Shown here piece after piece: positions 19,493-29,417 of a stretch of DNA of 64,000 bases. The notes beneath the pieces were generated by a model. It was not told the origin of the DNA. It did no database searches and was given only the letters and a program-made list of their open reading frames with translations. Source of the DNA: Terriglobia bacterium (GTDB taxonomy: Bacteria; Acidobacteriota; Terriglobia; 20CM-2-55-15); NCBI GenBank assembly GCA_965218585.1, contig CBDCLE010000014.1, positions 1 to 64,000 on the forward strand, given 5' to 3'. Position numbers and translations under genes: made by a program. Positions within the stretch are counted from its first letter, which is position 1; each line of letters begins with the position of its first letter.

Positions 19493-21613
19493 TCAGTTCG
19501 TCAGAGGGGAGACGCCTTCGGTAGCCGAGGAAACGTTGTCGAGGACAGATCGAACGGAAGGCATGAAAGTCTGGCGGCGGCGTTCGAGTTCATGGATGCG
19601 TCTGGAGCGGTCGCTTCGCCGCGCAATTTCCCTTTCGGATACAACTCGAAAACCCGCAGCACCCCGGGCGGAGGTCACGATCTGGAATTCTCCTTTGCGC
19701 AAATTCAGATAAATCCAATCGCCTGTCCGGACCCCGGCCAGGCCACCGCCCTCGATCGCCTCGGGGACGATATGAACGATGGACATCGTTTTGTTGCCAA
19801 AGGCTATGCGGCCGTCGGTCGCCAGAACGCAGTTTTCACGAATCGCGGGATCATCTATCGCTTCCGGAATCATGATCTGAGGCATCCCCGAAGCTCTCGG
19901 CCCTTCTCCGGCGATGAAGAGGACACAACGTAGAAGATTGTGCTCGACGAGGTAGCCCCAAAGCCGCTGCTTGCTCCAACCGGCCAGTTCACTGTTCCCG
20001 TTCTGACCCGAATTCCCATTCTTCGACGCCCTCGCCCAATTGATCGACCATGTCTTGTACAGATCCTCTCGGGTCACTTTGTGACGGATGTGGTCGAGCG
20101 CCCCGTTGGATTTCCCCATCGCAGCAATAAACTCCTCCTGCCCGAGATAAAAATCAGCCAGGTAGATCTTCTTGTCGTACCGGGTCAGCTCATCCTTGTG
20201 GCCCAAACGAACCAGAGCGCCACTGGAAAAATTGCCGTGGACACGCGCCAGCCCACAACTCGGTGCGAACGGCGTCATCGTTGAGTGGAAATAGCGACCG
20301 TTCGCCGAACGCGCTTCGGTGATCCGATGCATCCAGGAACCCTCCAGCGTCGCGGCCCGGTCGTCGATCAAGCGCTTCTCCGACAACGTCCGCATGAGCG
20401 TGTCGATTCCCGAATTCTTTCCCGACTCCGTTTCCGCGGCCACGCCGTGTACGGGAAGCCCGTTCCCGTCGTCAAAGGAAAGCAGGCAAGGAACCTTCGA
20501 CATCTTCCGCTGAAGCACGGCGGGACTCACGCGAACACCGAGAGCCTCGGCAAGATAACTCAGATGGAGTAACCAGGAGGTATGACCTCCCGTCGCGCTC
20601 CACACCGTTAAGCTGTTTTGAAGGTTGGTCTTCACCATGTGGGACACGCTGATCCGGCGCTCTCGCTTCTGAATACCCTGGAGCAGTCTGCGAACAGCGT
20701 GAGCCAGCTGCCGATCGGAAGGCGGTGTTGAAGAAAGATCCATGCTCCTGGGGACAAGACCGAAACCGGCTACCATCAAGCGGTTGACGACAGAAGCCTC
20801 TGATGAGGCACAGAGCGCCCCGGGCGCAAGGGCTCGCCGGGCCACCGTGCTCTCGAGTTCGTCCTTTTCGGATTCCGGAATCACCCTGTCTTGCGAAGCC
20901 CGATCGAGACACGATTTCATTTTTCCATAGACTTCAGCGTTGATGGGCCGGTTCAGAAGACCAAGCAGTTCCCGGCACTCCGAATCGGAAAGCTTGTCTC
21001 GGAGACGTTCAAACCGGCGCCGCTCTTCGTCATCCAGATATACCTCACGACCCACGTTCGGCGGGACAAAGACAGCATAGACGGGTCGGGCTTTCCTCTT
21101 CTGCCGAACAAGGTCTGCCTCGATCAGGGCGCGCAACACCCCAACGAGCATCTTGTCGCAGGCTCCAATCACTATGGCCGCGTCGTAGCCATGAGCCTCC
21201 ATGAGCGTTGCAAAGTTGGCCGCACAAACGTTGCGCCCCAGGAAAGCGTAATGAGAGCCAGGAAGGCCCAGCGACAATTCTTCACAGGGAACCGCCTGGG
21301 AAACTTCGATCGGCAATGCACCGTCGGTCCAAACCTGCCGGACGAAACGGCGTACAGTATCCCGGCAACCAACGCTATAGGGGTGATCTGCAGATCCATG
21401 AACGATGGCGATCCGCGGATGGCCCGCCATGAAACGCTCGAGGATCTGGTTGCGGTCCGGCTGGATGCGGGCCGACCTCAGAGATTCCTCGATCAAGGGA
21501 CCGAGAAACGTAACAGGGTGGGCCTGGCTGATCAGAGGGTCTTTCAACCTCTGCGAATGCATCTTCATTCCGCTGAACTCGCTCCATGCAAGATGCCTTG
21601 CAAGCGGAAGCAA
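19493..21613 (-). CDS. Divergent IlvD/Edd (dihydroxy-acid dehydratase) family protein
   Basis: GACDK, ATGGHTSWLLHL, GEGPRASGMP, TDGR, HIVPEA..GG.LA.VRTGD; start uncertain. Confidence 0.75.
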   Translation of the reverse strand: MLPLARHLAWSEFSGMKMHSQRLKDPLISQAHPVTFLGPLIEESLRSARIQPDRNQILERFMAGHPRIAIVHGSADHPYSVGCRDTVRRFVRQVWTDGALPIEVSQAVPCEELSLGLPGSHYAFLGRNVCAANFATLMEAHGYDAAIVIGACDKMLVGVLRALIEADLVRQKRKARPVYAVFVPPNVGREVYLDDEERRRFERLRDKLSDSECRELLGLLNRPINAEVYGKMKSCLDRASQDRVIPESEKDELESTVARRALAPGALCASSEASVVNRLMVAGFGLVPRSMDLSSTPPSDRQLAHAVRRLLQGIQKRERRISVSHMVKTNLQNSLTVWSATGGHTSWLLHLSYLAEALGVRVSPAVLQRKMSKVPCLLSFDDGNGLPVHGVAAETESGKNSGIDTLMRTLSEKRLIDDRAATLEGSWMHRITEARSANGRYFHSTMTPFAPSCGLARVHGNFSSGALVRLGHKDELTRYDKKIYLADFYLGQEEFIAAMGKSNGALDHIRHKVTREDLYKTWSINWARASKNGNSGQNGNSELAGWSKQRLWGYLVEHNLLRCVLFIAGEGPRASGMPQIMIPEAIDDPAIRENCVLATDGRIAFGNKTMSIVHIVPEAIEGGGLAGVRTGDWIYLNLRKGEFQIVTSARGAAGFRVVSEREIARRSDRSRRIHELERRRQTFMPSVRSVLDNVSSATEGVSPLTN

Positions 21614-21736
21614 TAACTCAAAATGGGGTAGTTTCGCGCAACGGAATTTCCTAGTTTAAGGTCTTGGCGCAAAGCCTCCACCGTGCGATAATCGTTTTGT
21701 TAATAAGCGATTCCACACGATGAAAGGCAAAGCGTC

Positions 21737-22600
21737 ATGAACATTGTACAGGTTTTCGAGCGGTTCCCCACCCAACAATCCTGCATCAACCATCTTGAGA
21801 AAGCCCGCTGGGGCGGAAAGCCCCGCTGCCCATACTGCGGGTCCGGGAATACGGCCCGGTCGCAGCACCGCCACCGCTGCTACACCTGCAAGACTTCGTT
21901 CAGTGTAACGGTCGGCACGATCTTCCACCATACGCACCTTCCCCTTCAGAAGTGGTTCCTGGCCGTTACGCTGATGCTGAACGCGAAGAAGGGACTCTCC
22001 GCACTCCAACTCTCCCGCGATATCGAAGCCAACAAGAACACGGCTTGGCGGATCTCAATGCAGATTCGCAAAGCCATGAGGCAATCCGCCCAGCGTAGCC
22101 TTCTGACCGGCATTGTCGAGATGGATGAAACCTACATCGGCGGAAAGCCGAGGAAGGGCGGGCCACCCTCCAAGCCGGGACGCGGCACGAAGAAAACTCC
22201 TGTTGTCGGGGCAGCCGAGCGCGGCGGGCGAGTCACGGCGAAAGTGACGAAGAAGGGCCAGCTGAAGGCCCGGAACCTTCGAGCATTTGTCCTGGATCGG
22301 ATCGACACCGGCAAGGCTGGATTGGTCACCGACGAGTACGCGGGCTATAGCGGAATGAGCCGGATTCTCCCTCACAGCGTGATCAACCACTCCAAGTGGT
22401 ACGTGTTCGGCGATATCCACACGAACACGATAGAGGGTTTCTGGGCGCTCCTGAAGCGCGGGATGTTCGGCCAGTTCCACAGCGTCAGCGGTCGGCACCT
22501 GCAGAAGTATGTGGATGAGTTCTGCTACCGCTACAACCTGCGCGACGCGGCCCCGTGGGAAGCCTTCGACCGCACCATCGACAGAGGGCTGCGAATATGA
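21737..22600 (+). CDS. IS1595-family (ISXO2-like) transposase
   Basis: Zn ribbon CPYC..CYTC, VEMDETYIGG, VTDE, HTNTIEGFW, YVDEF.YRYN. Confidence 0.95.
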   Translation: MNIVQVFERFPTQQSCINHLEKARWGGKPRCPYCGSGNTARSQHRHRCYTCKTSFSVTVGTIFHHTHLPLQKWFLAVTLMLNAKKGLSALQLSRDIEANKNTAWRISMQIRKAMRQSAQRSLLTGIVEMDETYIGGKPRKGGPPSKPGRGTKKTPVVGAAERGGRVTAKVTKKGQLKARNLRAFVLDRIDTGKAGLVTDEYAGYSGMSRILPHSVINHSKWYVFGDIHTNTIEGFWALLKRGMFGQFHSVSGRHLQKYVDEFCYRYNLRDAAPWEAFDRTIDRGLRI

Positions 22601-22949
22601 AGAGCTTGCCAAAGGCGACACATGAGGGAGTTATCGTTCTCGCGAACGGCCGGGTTGAGATTCCATGCGCTGTGCTGGAAGACGGCCGGAGATTGATAAC
22701 TCAGAGCGGATTTATGAGGGCCCTGGGGAGGGCGAGACAGGCTAAGGGGCGAAAGTATTATGACGCTGACGTCAACATGCCCGCATTCCTGACGGCAAAG
22801 AACCTAAGCCCGTTCATTCCAGGCAAGTTAAGCGTGACGTCGAGTCAGATAGAATTCAACAGGTTAAAAGGTGGTTCGGCCTATGGGTACGCCGACAAAT
22901 TATTGCCCGCAGTATGCAACGTCTTCATAGACGCCGAAGAAGCCGGGGT
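22597..22949 (+). pseudogene. P63C-domain family protein, N-terminal part, truncated by IS256
   Basis: ATGA overlap with the transposase; KATHEG..EIPCAVLEDGRRLITQSGFMRALG..AYGY..LLP.VC typical of N-termini of P63C-domain proteins; cut at 22950. Confidence 0.75.
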
Positions 22950-24314
22950 GAGGTCATTACAAAAGGTGTGTAAAAGTCATCAGGCGGCGGCCTTCGATTT
23001 CATCACGACTCTGATGCCGTCAGCGAATTGCTGACCATCATAGACCTCTTGTAAGAGTTCGGATCCTTTTAAGTGTCGCCAAGCCTTCTCAGCGACACGT
23101 AGTAGCTTCCAGATCATTGCCGTTGCATTCTCGACACGCTTGAATCGGCGAGCGGCGTTGGTGCGGAGGCGAACCATGTCGAAGGGCGATTCGACGATGT
23201 TGGTTGTTCTCAGATGCACCCAGTGTTGTTTCGGGAACTCATAGAAAGTAATCATCCGGTCCCAGTCCCGCAACAGCGTCTCACCCGCTTTGGGATAGTT
23301 CTTCTCATATCGGCGGACGAACTGATCCCGCTTTCGTTCGCAGGCCGCGCGGGAGTTCGCGAAGGCCATCCCATGAAGCAGCTGTCTGGCCGCGGGCTGC
23401 TCGGTCTTCGGCAGATGATCGACCACGTTGATCGACTTGTGGTTCCAGCAGCGTTGTTCCTGGCCCTGGGGCTGTTGCTCGGCCAGCGCGGACCAGATGC
23501 CCAGGTGACCGTCCGCGACAGTCAGCCGTCCCAGCTTCAGGCCCCGTCTCTGGAGATTGCGCAGAATGCGGCTCCAGGACTCCTTGCTTTCCCGCTGCCC
23601 GCTCTCACAGGCCAACAGCACTTTGCGCCCGTCTGACAAGGCTCCGATGATCACCAGCAATGCCGCTCGCTCTTTCGCGATCCCCGCTTTCACGTACAAG
23701 CCGTCTGCCCACTGGTACACGACCTCGAGGCCGGACAGGTCCTGCTGGACCCACTCGTCATACTCCAACTGCCAGGTCGATTTCAGTCGTTGGATCGATG
23801 CTCGCGACAACGGAGCGCCAGCGCCAAGCAGTCCGCGCATGGCCTGCTCGAAGTCCCCTGTGGCCAGACCGTGGAGGTAGAGATCGGGAAGTAGCTCGCC
23901 CAGCTGTTTCGATTTCCGTCGAAAATACGGCAGGATCTGACTCTCGAACCGCTCGGCGGTGTTTCGAACCCGAGGTCGTCGAACCTCCATCGTACCGTTC
24001 ATCATTGCGAAGCGTCGCGGTTTCCCGTGACCGTTCCGGTATCCTCGTCGATTCGGACTCCGCTCCGACTTTTCCCGACCCAGAAATTGAGTGACTTCGT
24101 CCTCGAGCAGCTCCTGTAGCCAGACTTGGACCCGGGATCGCGCCCAGTCCTCCAAACCTTCATACGCGTTCGTTGACGCCACTGATGCCGGTATGTTCTT
24201 CTTCTTCATGGGTGGTGTACCTTTCTCCCGGTTGCTGCCGGGATTGCTTAGGGTTTCGAATTCACTGAAAGCGTACACCGCCTTCTCTTTTTACACACCG
24301 ATTGGAACGACCTC
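22950..24314 (-). mobile_element. IS256-family element, copy 1 (1365 bp)
   Basis: Imperfect TIRs gaggtcattacaaaaggtgtgtaaaa / gaggtcgttccaatcggtgtgtaaaa; flanks gccggggt and aatgcgcc do not match each other. Confidence 0.97.
22980..24209 (-). CDS. IS256-family (Mutator-like) transposase
   Basis: YRNG, ADGLY, ADG, QRCWNH, RTTNIVES; 409 aa from ATG 24209. Confidence 0.96.
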   Translation of the reverse strand: MKKKNIPASVASTNAYEGLEDWARSRVQVWLQELLEDEVTQFLGREKSERSPNRRGYRNGHGKPRRFAMMNGTMEVRRPRVRNTAERFESQILPYFRRKSKQLGELLPDLYLHGLATGDFEQAMRGLLGAGAPLSRASIQRLKSTWQLEYDEWVQQDLSGLEVVYQWADGLYVKAGIAKERAALLVIIGALSDGRKVLLACESGQRESKESWSRILRNLQRRGLKLGRLTVADGHLGIWSALAEQQPQGQEQRCWNHKSINVVDHLPKTEQPAARQLLHGMAFANSRAACERKRDQFVRRYEKNYPKAGETLLRDWDRMITFYEFPKQHWVHLRTTNIVESPFDMVRLRTNAARRFKRVENATAMIWKLLRVAEKAWRHLKGSELLQEVYDGQQFADGIRVVMKSKAAA

Positions 24315-24869
24315 AATGCGCCCGGTGCCGACATTCAACAGGAAATTTTCGATGAAGCGGAATGCATCGCGGTCATTTACCAGGTTGGGACGCTGCCGTT
24401 TGGATTCGGATTCCAGTCGGCCCACCTTGTAGCATCCTGCAGGATAGATAGGGGTTGGAGTTCCCCATCGATGTTGGCTTTAGATGGAGGAGACTTCGGC
24501 TTTCAGGTAGGTGAATTCTTGGATATGGTCCTGCTGTTCATGGCCGACGACAGCATTGACTACCTGATCGGGAAGGACCCGCTGTTGTGGGGCGACGTGG
24601 ACCATGGCCAGAAAAGCAGCGACCCGGAAACCGACACCAACCTCACATTTGACGCCGAGATCGTGTATTACGATCGAATGCGAGACAACTACGACGGCTA
24701 CTTCCGAATTGAATTGCCATTTTGGGGGGAGCCGCATCGTGCGCGACCCGACCGGGAGGCGAACGAAGCGCTCTATGGCCGGGAGATCTCTGCAGAAGTG
24801 ATCCTTTTGCAGGGGATTCCTGTGCCGGACCTCGCAGCCGAATTCGTGGCGGCGATTCGGTCCAACTGA
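24315..24869 (+). pseudogene. SYLF/Ysc84 lipid-binding domain protein, C-terminal part
   Basis: Open frame from the IS end: NAPGADIQQEIFDEAECIAVI..GWSSPS..GGDFGFQVG..ANEALYG; N-terminus lies at 44866-44984 on the minus strand. Confidence 0.85.
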
Positions 24870-24955
24870 CACCCTTCTGTTAAGAACAATTACGTTGGGG
24901 GACCGCCACAGCGTCCCTGGACGTAGGGTTCCTCTTATCGCAAACTAGCGGGTTC

Positions 24956-24997
24956 AGTTCTCAACCTCCGAGAAGTGGATTTGTGAGGATCTGCCCC
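24956..24997 (+). repeat. Dispersed ~40-bp repeat, copy A
   Basis: agttctcaacctccgagaagtggatttgtgaggatctgcccc versus consensus aattytcaacgtccgasaagatgatttgtcaggacttgacc. Confidence 0.7.
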
Positions 24998-25111
24998 GTT
25001 ATTCAGGAAGTGCCCAGTCCAACAATTCACGAAAGTCCACCCGCGTTCGATACTCGTTGCTTCACGGGTGGGTGCGACCGCGTGCGACGTCATCCGGGGC
25101 CGTCAACCTAC

Positions 25112-26329
25112 TCAGCCCGCCAAATCGCCCATCACGTTCAAGAACCTGTCGATCTCCGTCCCATTGTTGAACAACGCTGCGCCCACGCGCATTGTCCGTC
25201 CTTCATTCCGGATCGTGACGGAGATGTTGGCGTCGTCGAGCGCGGAGCGAACCCGTGCGACGTCGAGTCCATGGTTGAATGCCACGATGGCGGATCGGTT
25301 GTTGGGGGGCGTCCAAACCTCATAACCCTGGTCGGTCAGACCGGCGTGAATTCGGTGGGCAAGAGCAACGGTGTGCCGCTCGATCCTGTCAACGCCGACC
25401 TCCAGCAGGTAGTCGAGGGCCGCACTCAGTTGGAACATTGCTCCAAAACCGAGGGTGGCATAACCGTACTTGCGCGCATCCGAATACAACTCGAAGCGGT
25501 GATCCGGCATCTCGTTCGAGATGTGCAACGATCCCATGCGGTCGGGCGTGATCGTATCCAGTAGTTCTTCGCGCACGTAAAACGGGGCAACACCATATCC
25601 ACCGAGGAGCCACTTGTAGGTGCCAGCGGCGAAAAAGTCCACACCCGTCTCCTTGACGTCGAGTGATAGCATCCCGATCCCCTGGATCGCGTCGGCATAG
25701 AGATATGCGCCGTATCCGTGAGCCAGTTCGGCGAATGCTTTGAGGTCGTGATGGTACCCGTTCTGATGTGACACCCATGACACCGAAACGAGTCTGGTGC
25801 CGTCATCAACGTACGGGGCGAACGTCTCGGGAGACGCCACGCCATCTTCGCTCGGCACGATGCGTAGCTCGACACCCTGCTCCTCGGCCAGATGGCGGTA
25901 CAACAGGAATGTCGTTTCGTAATGGAGGTCGTCGATGACCACGTTGTCCCCGGGGCCCAGGGCGAGCGCGCGGGACACGATGTTTTCGCCGTCGCTGGTG
26001 GCGAACAGCATCCCGATCTCGGCCTCGGAGGCGCCAACCAACTGGGCGAACTTGCGGCGGGCTGCGTTCGTCTCGTTGAGCATCTCGCCGAGGCTTGTCG
26101 GGCGCAGGGCCTTGGCCTCGAGAAACCGGCGCGTGGCGTCCACGGCGGGTAAAGGAGAAGGAGTGATGTATGGCGAGTTGAGGTAAATGCTTTCCGCCAC
26201 GATGGGGAAATCAGAACGGGTGCCTAAAGGATCGTCTTCTTGAGCCTGGGCGGCGACCGATCGGGGCGCGCCCGTTACAGCGGCAGCGGCAGATACGGTC
26301 CCGAGAAATGCACGGCGAGTGAAATGCAT
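25112..26329 (-). CDS. Class V PLP-dependent aminotransferase with Tat signal peptide
   Basis: TRRAFLG twin-arginine motif; ADAIQ and AGTYKWLLG PLP-lysine motif. Confidence 0.9.
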   Translation of the reverse strand: MHFTRRAFLGTVSAAAAVTGAPRSVAAQAQEDDPLGTRSDFPIVAESIYLNSPYITPSPLPAVDATRRFLEAKALRPTSLGEMLNETNAARRKFAQLVGASEAEIGMLFATSDGENIVSRALALGPGDNVVIDDLHYETTFLLYRHLAEEQGVELRIVPSEDGVASPETFAPYVDDGTRLVSVSWVSHQNGYHHDLKAFAELAHGYGAYLYADAIQGIGMLSLDVKETGVDFFAAGTYKWLLGGYGVAPFYVREELLDTITPDRMGSLHISNEMPDHRFELYSDARKYGYATLGFGAMFQLSAALDYLLEVGVDRIERHTVALAHRIHAGLTDQGYEVWTPPNNRSAIVAFNHGLDVARVRSALDDANISVTIRNEGRTMRVGAALFNNGTEIDRFLNVMGDLAG

Positions 26330-27397
26330 GGAGCCCCCCTATTTAGGTGTACGGATTGCGTCGCAGTCATTTTCCGGGTTGGGCAGCACGATGTCAACCG
26401 GCCATCAATCAACCGACGACTCGCTATTGTTAACGTGTGTGACCAGCTGGCGAGTCCCGGTCCAACCAATCCCAAGGAGGAGATAATGTTCCTCTTTCGT
26501 GGACTTAAGATCGAGGAGTGGCGGCTTACTGTGTTCCACCGTGTCGTAACCCCCGCCTTGCTATTCGTCACTCGGCATTGGTTCCAGCGTCCTCAGGTAA
26601 GCCACGATAGCATCGAGATCTTCACCAGAAATATTGCGGTAAAAACTGAAACCCATGAACTCCGCTAATTGTCGCCCGTTCCTGCTGATGCCTTCGGTGA
26701 TTGCTCGCTTGATTTCATCGTCGGTCCAATCACCAATCCCCAATTCCCGATGCTGGGTAATGTTGGACGAAACAGTAGAAAAATCGAAACCGAACGGGCC
26801 TTCGTAAACGTTTCCGCCGGCGCCCACCTGTTCCAGATCGAGCTGGCCTTCAACCAGTGGAGTATGGCACTCAATACAATGGCCGAGGGGACCGGAAAGA
26901 TATGCTCCGTAGGCGACCTGATCATCCCGGCCGATCTCGGCGACCTGTTCTACCGGTGGCCCCCAAGACGGCGGAAGCGGAATATTATATTCCGTTGGCG
27001 GGACCACGTTGTTAACGGCGGGGACAGTTCGCAGGTAGGCAAGGATCGCCTGAAGATCACGGTCTGATATCTCACGATAAAACACGAACGGCATCGGCGG
27101 GCCTAGAATTCGACCATTAGGATGGACACCCTCGCGGATGGCCCGACCGATTTGCTCGTCAGTCCATGTCCCAATACCCGTCTGGTCATCGGGCGTAATA
27201 TTAGGTGCATACGCCGTAAACGCTACCTCCTCGATCACGAACGCTCCGGCGAGACTCATATCTTCAATCAATACGCCCTCATCGTCTCGCGGCGTGTGAC
27301 AGTTGCCGCACCCCGCGATTCCTTCGACTAAATAAGCACCTCGCTCGATTGATTCCGTGTCAACCTGCGGTTCATTAGCCCAACCAATCGAGAGAAG

Positions 27398-28764
27398 GAG
27401 GTCATTACAAAAGGTGTGTAAAAGTCATCAGGCGGCGGCCTTCGATTTCATCACGACTCTGATGCCGTCAGCGAATTGCTGACCATCATAGACCTCTTGT
27501 AAGAGTTCGGATCCTTTTAAGTGTCGCCAAGCCTTCTCAGCGACACGTAGTAGCTTCCAGATTATTGCCGTTGCATTCTCGACACGCTTGAATCGGCGAG
27601 CGGCGTTGGTGCGGAGACGAACCATGTCGAAGGGCGATTCGACGATGTTGGTCGTTCTCAGATGCACCCAGTGTTGTTTCGGGAACTCATAGAAAGTAAT
27701 CATCCGGTCCCAGTCCCGCAACAGCGTCTCACCCGCTTTGGGATAGTTCTTCTCATATCGGCGGACGAACTGATCCCGCTTTCGTTCGCAGGCCGCGCGG
27801 GAGTTCGCGAAGGCCATCCCATGAAGCAGCTGTCTGGCCGCGGGCTGCTCGGTCTTCGGCAGATGATCGACCACGTTGATCGACTTGTGGTGCCAGCAGC
27901 GTTGTTCCTGGCCCTCGGGGTGTTGCTCGGCCAGGGCGGACCAAATTCCCAGGTGACCATCGGCAACGGTCAGTCGTCCCAGCTTCAGACCCCGATCCCT
28001 GAGGTTCCGCAGAATACGACTCCAGGATTCCTTGCTCTCCCTCTGACCGCTCTCACAGGCCAACAGCACTTTACGCCCGTCTGACAGGCCTGCGATGATC
28101 ACCAGTAGTGCCGCCCGTTCTTTCGCGATCCCCGCTTTCACGTACAAGCCGTCTGCCCACTGGTACACGACCTCGAGGCCGGACAGGTCCTGCTGGACCC
28201 ACTCGTCATACTCCAACTGCCAGGTCGATTTCAGTCGTTGGATCGATGCTCGCGACAACGGAGCGCCAGCGCCAAGCAGTCCGCGCATGGCCTGCTCGAA
28301 GTCCCCTGTGGCCAGGCCGTGGAGGTAGAGATCGGGAAGTAGCTCGCCCAGCTGTTTCGATTTCCGTCGAAAATACGGCAGGATCTGACTCTCGAACCGC
28401 TCGGCGGTGTTTCGAACCCGAGGTCGTCGAACCTCCATCGTACCGTTCATCATCGCAAACCGTCGCGGTTTCCCGTGACTGTTCCGGTAGCCCCGCCGAT
28501 CCGAACTCCGCTCCGATTTCCTTCGACCCAAGAACTGCGTCACTTCGTCTTCCAGAAGTTCCTGGAGCCAATCCTGCACTCGTGATCGCGCCCAATCTTC
28601 CAGAACCTCATACTGCTTCGTTGACGCCGCTACTTCCGGTGTGTTCTTCTTCTCCATGGGTGGTGTACCTTTCTCCCGGTTGGCCCCGGGATTTGCTTAC
28701 GGTTAATAGTTCACCGAAAGCGTACACCGCCTTTTTCTTTTTACACACTTATTGGAACGACCTC
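27398..28764 (-). mobile_element. IS256-family element, copy 2 (divergent variant)
   Basis: Same TIR type; perfect 8-bp TSD gagagaag at 27390-27397 and 28765-28772. Confidence 0.97.
27428..28657 (-). CDS. IS256-family transposase (variant)
   Basis: 409 aa, same motifs as copy 1, with clustered substitutions. Confidence 0.96.
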   Translation of the reverse strand: MEKKNTPEVAASTKQYEVLEDWARSRVQDWLQELLEDEVTQFLGRRKSERSSDRRGYRNSHGKPRRFAMMNGTMEVRRPRVRNTAERFESQILPYFRRKSKQLGELLPDLYLHGLATGDFEQAMRGLLGAGAPLSRASIQRLKSTWQLEYDEWVQQDLSGLEVVYQWADGLYVKAGIAKERAALLVIIAGLSDGRKVLLACESGQRESKESWSRILRNLRDRGLKLGRLTVADGHLGIWSALAEQHPEGQEQRCWHHKSINVVDHLPKTEQPAARQLLHGMAFANSRAACERKRDQFVRRYEKNYPKAGETLLRDWDRMITFYEFPKQHWVHLRTTNIVESPFDMVRLRTNAARRFKRVENATAIIWKLLRVAEKAWRHLKGSELLQEVYDGQQFADGIRVVMKSKAAA

Positions 28765-28917
28765 GAGAGAAGAACGAGCGCCGCAATCGTTCCAAATACG
28801 GTCGTTTTCATTGACTACCCCCTGTTTGTTCTCAATGATTCGCCGTGATGAACGGCAAGAGTCGGCTAAGTCTATCTAGGTGGAACTGTTATTGGCAAGG
28901 GAAGGGTCTGTTACACG

Positions 28918-29352
28918 CTACCTTCGCAACAGCCGTGAACCCAGCTCGATTAGCTCTTCGCCGCCGACTACCAAAAGGGCTGCGAGAATTGCGCCTGGGA
29001 TGACAGCGTTGAATGGAGAACCCAGCAGAAAAACCCATGTACCCATAGCCCCGAGCATGGTCGCTGCTAGGATGAGGATCCCGATCACGAACGTCCACGG
29101 CAGCAGGACCATTACGCCACCGCCGATTTGAAGTACTCCAGTAAAGTATCGGAACCACTGGCCGAAGCCGATCTGATCGAAGATGCCCACCCACTGGGAC
29201 GCAGACGCAAACTTGTTGGCGCCGATAAGAATAAATACAATGCCGACACCAATGCGCGGGAGCCAAGTTCTAAAGACGTCGGACCGATCGTGGCGCTTTT
29301 CAAGGGGTTGAAATGGTAGTTTCGGTCCTTCCATCTCAGCCAACTCATCCAT
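28918..29352 (-). CDS. DoxX-like small membrane protein
   Basis: Four TMs; FDQIGFGQWFRYFTGVLQIGGG. Confidence 0.75.
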   Translation of the reverse strand: MDELAEMEGPKLPFQPLEKRHDRSDVFRTWLPRIGVGIVFILIGANKFASASQWVGIFDQIGFGQWFRYFTGVLQIGGGVMVLLPWTFVIGILILAATMLGAMGTWVFLLGSPFNAVIPGAILAALLVVGGEELIELGSRLLRR

Positions 29353-29417
29353 CTGAAAATACTCTCGCGTTTTTACCGCTAGCGCTATTTATCGTTATCG
29401 AGGTGTCATAACCCTCC

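Larger units (their letters stand above)
21625..22949 (+). mobile_element. IS1595-family element with passenger gene, right end lost at IS256 copy 1
   Basis: Transposase plus translationally coupled P63C gene; left boundary approximate, right IR not found. Confidence 0.65.
26561..28811 (-). pseudogene. Diheme cytochrome c interrupted in its signal peptide by IS256 copy 2
   Basis: Removing the IS and one TSD gives a 291-aa frame MKTTVFGTIAALVLLSIGWA...CGNCH...CIECH with repeated APNITPD/SSNITQH..GIG.WTD. Confidence 0.9.

Noticed and set aside
24210-24278. 432-aa transposase calls starting at GTG (MYAF...)
   Set aside because: The downstream ATG gives 409 aa, matching copy 2; the extension runs toward the IR region.
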